From Candidatus Woesearchaeota archaeon (GTDB lineage: Archaea; Nanobdellota; Nanobdellia; Woesearchaeales; WJKR01): 64,000 nt of DNA. Numbering within the stretch: position 1 is the first letter of the stretch; every line of letters begins with the position of its first letter. A model generated the notes under the pieces. It was not told where the DNA came from. It was given only the letters and a program-made list of their open reading frames with translations, and did no database searches. The stretch is taken from contig JAFGNA010000011.1 in NCBI GenBank assembly GCA_016927245.1, positions 29,330-93,329 on the forward strand, written 5' to 3'. This document shows positions 62,985 through 64,000 of the stretch, piece after piece. The position numbers and the translations under genes were made by a program.

Positions 62985-64000
62985 CTACCACCTCCGTAGC
63001 CCAGCGATGCCTCCTAGGCCGTCCAGCTGCTTCATCGATTCCTTGCTCGCGACGATGGTTATTAAGGCTTTCCCTTGCTCGGCTGCCTTCATGACCTGCT
63101 CTACCCGTACGAAGTCCCCTCGCTCCCGCTCCTGCATCATGAAGGAGTCGCTCACCAGCAAAGTCTTGAGGCAACCCTCATTCGCCTTGCGTTCGACCTC
63201 GTCGATGCCGTAAGCCGCCTGGTCCTTCGCTACCGCTCCCAGCAGTTCCTGGACGAGCTGGTCCTCCTGCGCGCCCCGGTCCTCCCGCAATGCCTGCTTG
63301 ACCTCTGGTCTGCGGAGGAGTTCCTGCAATGACTGCTCATTCGTGCTTGACACCGTGGCGTACACGGCCTTCTTCGCCAAGTCCTCGGGCAGCGATTCCT
63401 TGAGGTAGTCCTTCCAGAAAGCCGGGCTCGCGGCGATGATGCTCCTCGGCTGGTAGCGCTGGTCGTACTCTGACGCTTGGCGAGCGATGGCCTTCCAGAA
63501 ATCGCTGACCGAGACGCCTTCCTCGCCCTTCTTCGACACCTCTCCCTTGATGCGGGAGAGGACGTCATGGCCGGTGTTGGTGAGCCTGCAGAACAACGCC
63601 TCTTCGCGGTCGAAGAGGACGACGATGATGTTCTCCTCGCTCCGCTCAGTGGCTTCTTGGAGCTTGTTGAGCTGCCACCCCTGCCATTCCTTGGTGATCA
63701 TGAGCTCATCGCCCGGCTGGATGGTGATGGCGTGATGGTCTCCTTTGGCGACTTCGTCAGGTCCGTCGGTGATAGTGCCGAGGACGCGGAGGGAGTCATG
63801 CTCGTACGTCGCCTTCTCTGCCCGGAGGGTGAGGGTCATCTTCTTCCTGACCACTTTCTGGTTGCGGTCGTCCTCTCCTCCCAGCTTGAGCTTGCGCTCC
63901 GTGCTGCCCTTGACGGCGTCGCCCGGCCCTATAAGCCTGCTGAGCAGCCAGAGGTCTTCTGGCGCGTCAGCCTTGACGTGGAGGAATCCTTCCTTGCGGT
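62985..64000 (-). CDS. pelA: Pelota (Dom34 homolog), N-terminus beyond the window edge
   Basis: Frame is open to position 64000. Upstream translation ...LHVKADAPEDLWLLSRLIGPGDAVKGSTERK matches the Pelota N-domain. C-terminal eRF1-like domain with LDGLGGIAGLLRW. Confidence 0.85.
   Translation of the reverse strand, partial: RKEGFLHVKADAPEDLWLLSRLIGPGDAVKGSTERKLKLGGEDDRNQKVVRKKMTLTLRAEKATYEHDSLRVLGTITDGPDEVAKGDHHAITIQPGDELMITKEWQGWQLNKLQEATERSEENIIVVLFDREEALFCRLTNTGHDVLSRIKGEVSKKGEEGVSVSDFWKAIARQASEYDQRYQPRSIIAASPAFWKDYLKESLPEDLAKKAVYATVSSTNEQSLQELLRRPEVKQALREDRGAQEDQLVQELLGAVAKDQAAYGIDEVERKANEGCLKTLLVSDSFMMQERERGDFVRVEQVMKAAEQGKALITIVASKESMKQLDGLGGIAGLRRW

Overview
A 64-kb window from a compact, high-GC (~58-60%) archaeal chromosome. 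PolD, Hef, TrmB, Orc1/Cdc6, TBP, MCM and eL/eS ribosomal proteins are all present. A fused PriS-PriL primase and very tight gene packing suggest a small-genome lineage, but the lineage is not determinable here. Most of the window is conserved core.

Core content:
- The canonical archaeal ribosomal-protein superoperon runs on the minus strand from uL3 to uL15 plus secY, at about 5963-19673. It carries RNase P Rpp29 and aSUI1 inside it. A DUF106/Oxa1-like insertase, a VapBC pair and RNase P Rpp30 follow. Several ribosomal proteins carry unusual K/A/P/E-rich C-terminal tails.
- A replication and repair neighbourhood on the minus strand contains a fused PriS-PriL-CTD primase. It also contains a 1021-aa family-B-polymerase-like protein that keeps exonuclease motifs but has no recognisable polymerase catalytic motifs, and Hef.
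- A textbook origin region sits at 34154-34656 with ORB-like elements, an AT-rich DUE and an A/C-only tract. It lies directly upstream of orc1/cdc6, polD-small (DP1) and polD-large (DP2).
- Further right are aIF2-beta, tRNA-Ala(CGC), TBP and MCM, with a second ORB-like element between the Zn-ribbon gene and tbp. Beyond these lie a ThiS/SAMP-like GG protein, a TtuA/Ncs6-type PP-loop ATPase and a DedA protein. The window ends with eL34, eL14, PheRS beta and alpha, two TrmB paralogs, an ArmA/Rmt(FmrO)-like 16S rRNA methyltransferase homolog and Pelota (truncated at the window edge).
- Both window ends carry large secreted Cys-rich or MopE-repeat surface proteins.

The most accessory-looking stretch is a 2.7-kb island at about 40940-43660 between polD-large and aIF2-beta. 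It contains a 712-bp cassette bounded by perfect 15-bp terminal inverted repeats with A-run flanks, carrying a RelE/ParE-type toxin gene and an upstream small ORF at about 35% GC. It also contains three diverged copies of a ~150-nt non-coding element, a ~30% GC orphan ORF, and a tyrosine recombinase whose codon usage differs from the host.

Other observations worth a second look:
- A conserved palindromic motif, GTAATTTCTATAtGGAAC, lies about 25-45 bp upstream of the TATA boxes of translation-apparatus operons.
- Promoters are mostly leaderless, with TTTAAAT-like TATA boxes about 27 nt upstream of the ATG.
- One small gene carries a perfect 65-bp intragenic tandem duplication.
- An AbiEii-like nucleotidyltransferase and an HExxH metalloprotein cluster lie downstream of a TrmB gene.

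No rRNA genes, CRISPR arrays or inteins were found.

Coordinates for features I derived myself (tRNA, repeats, motifs) are approximate to within a few nt.
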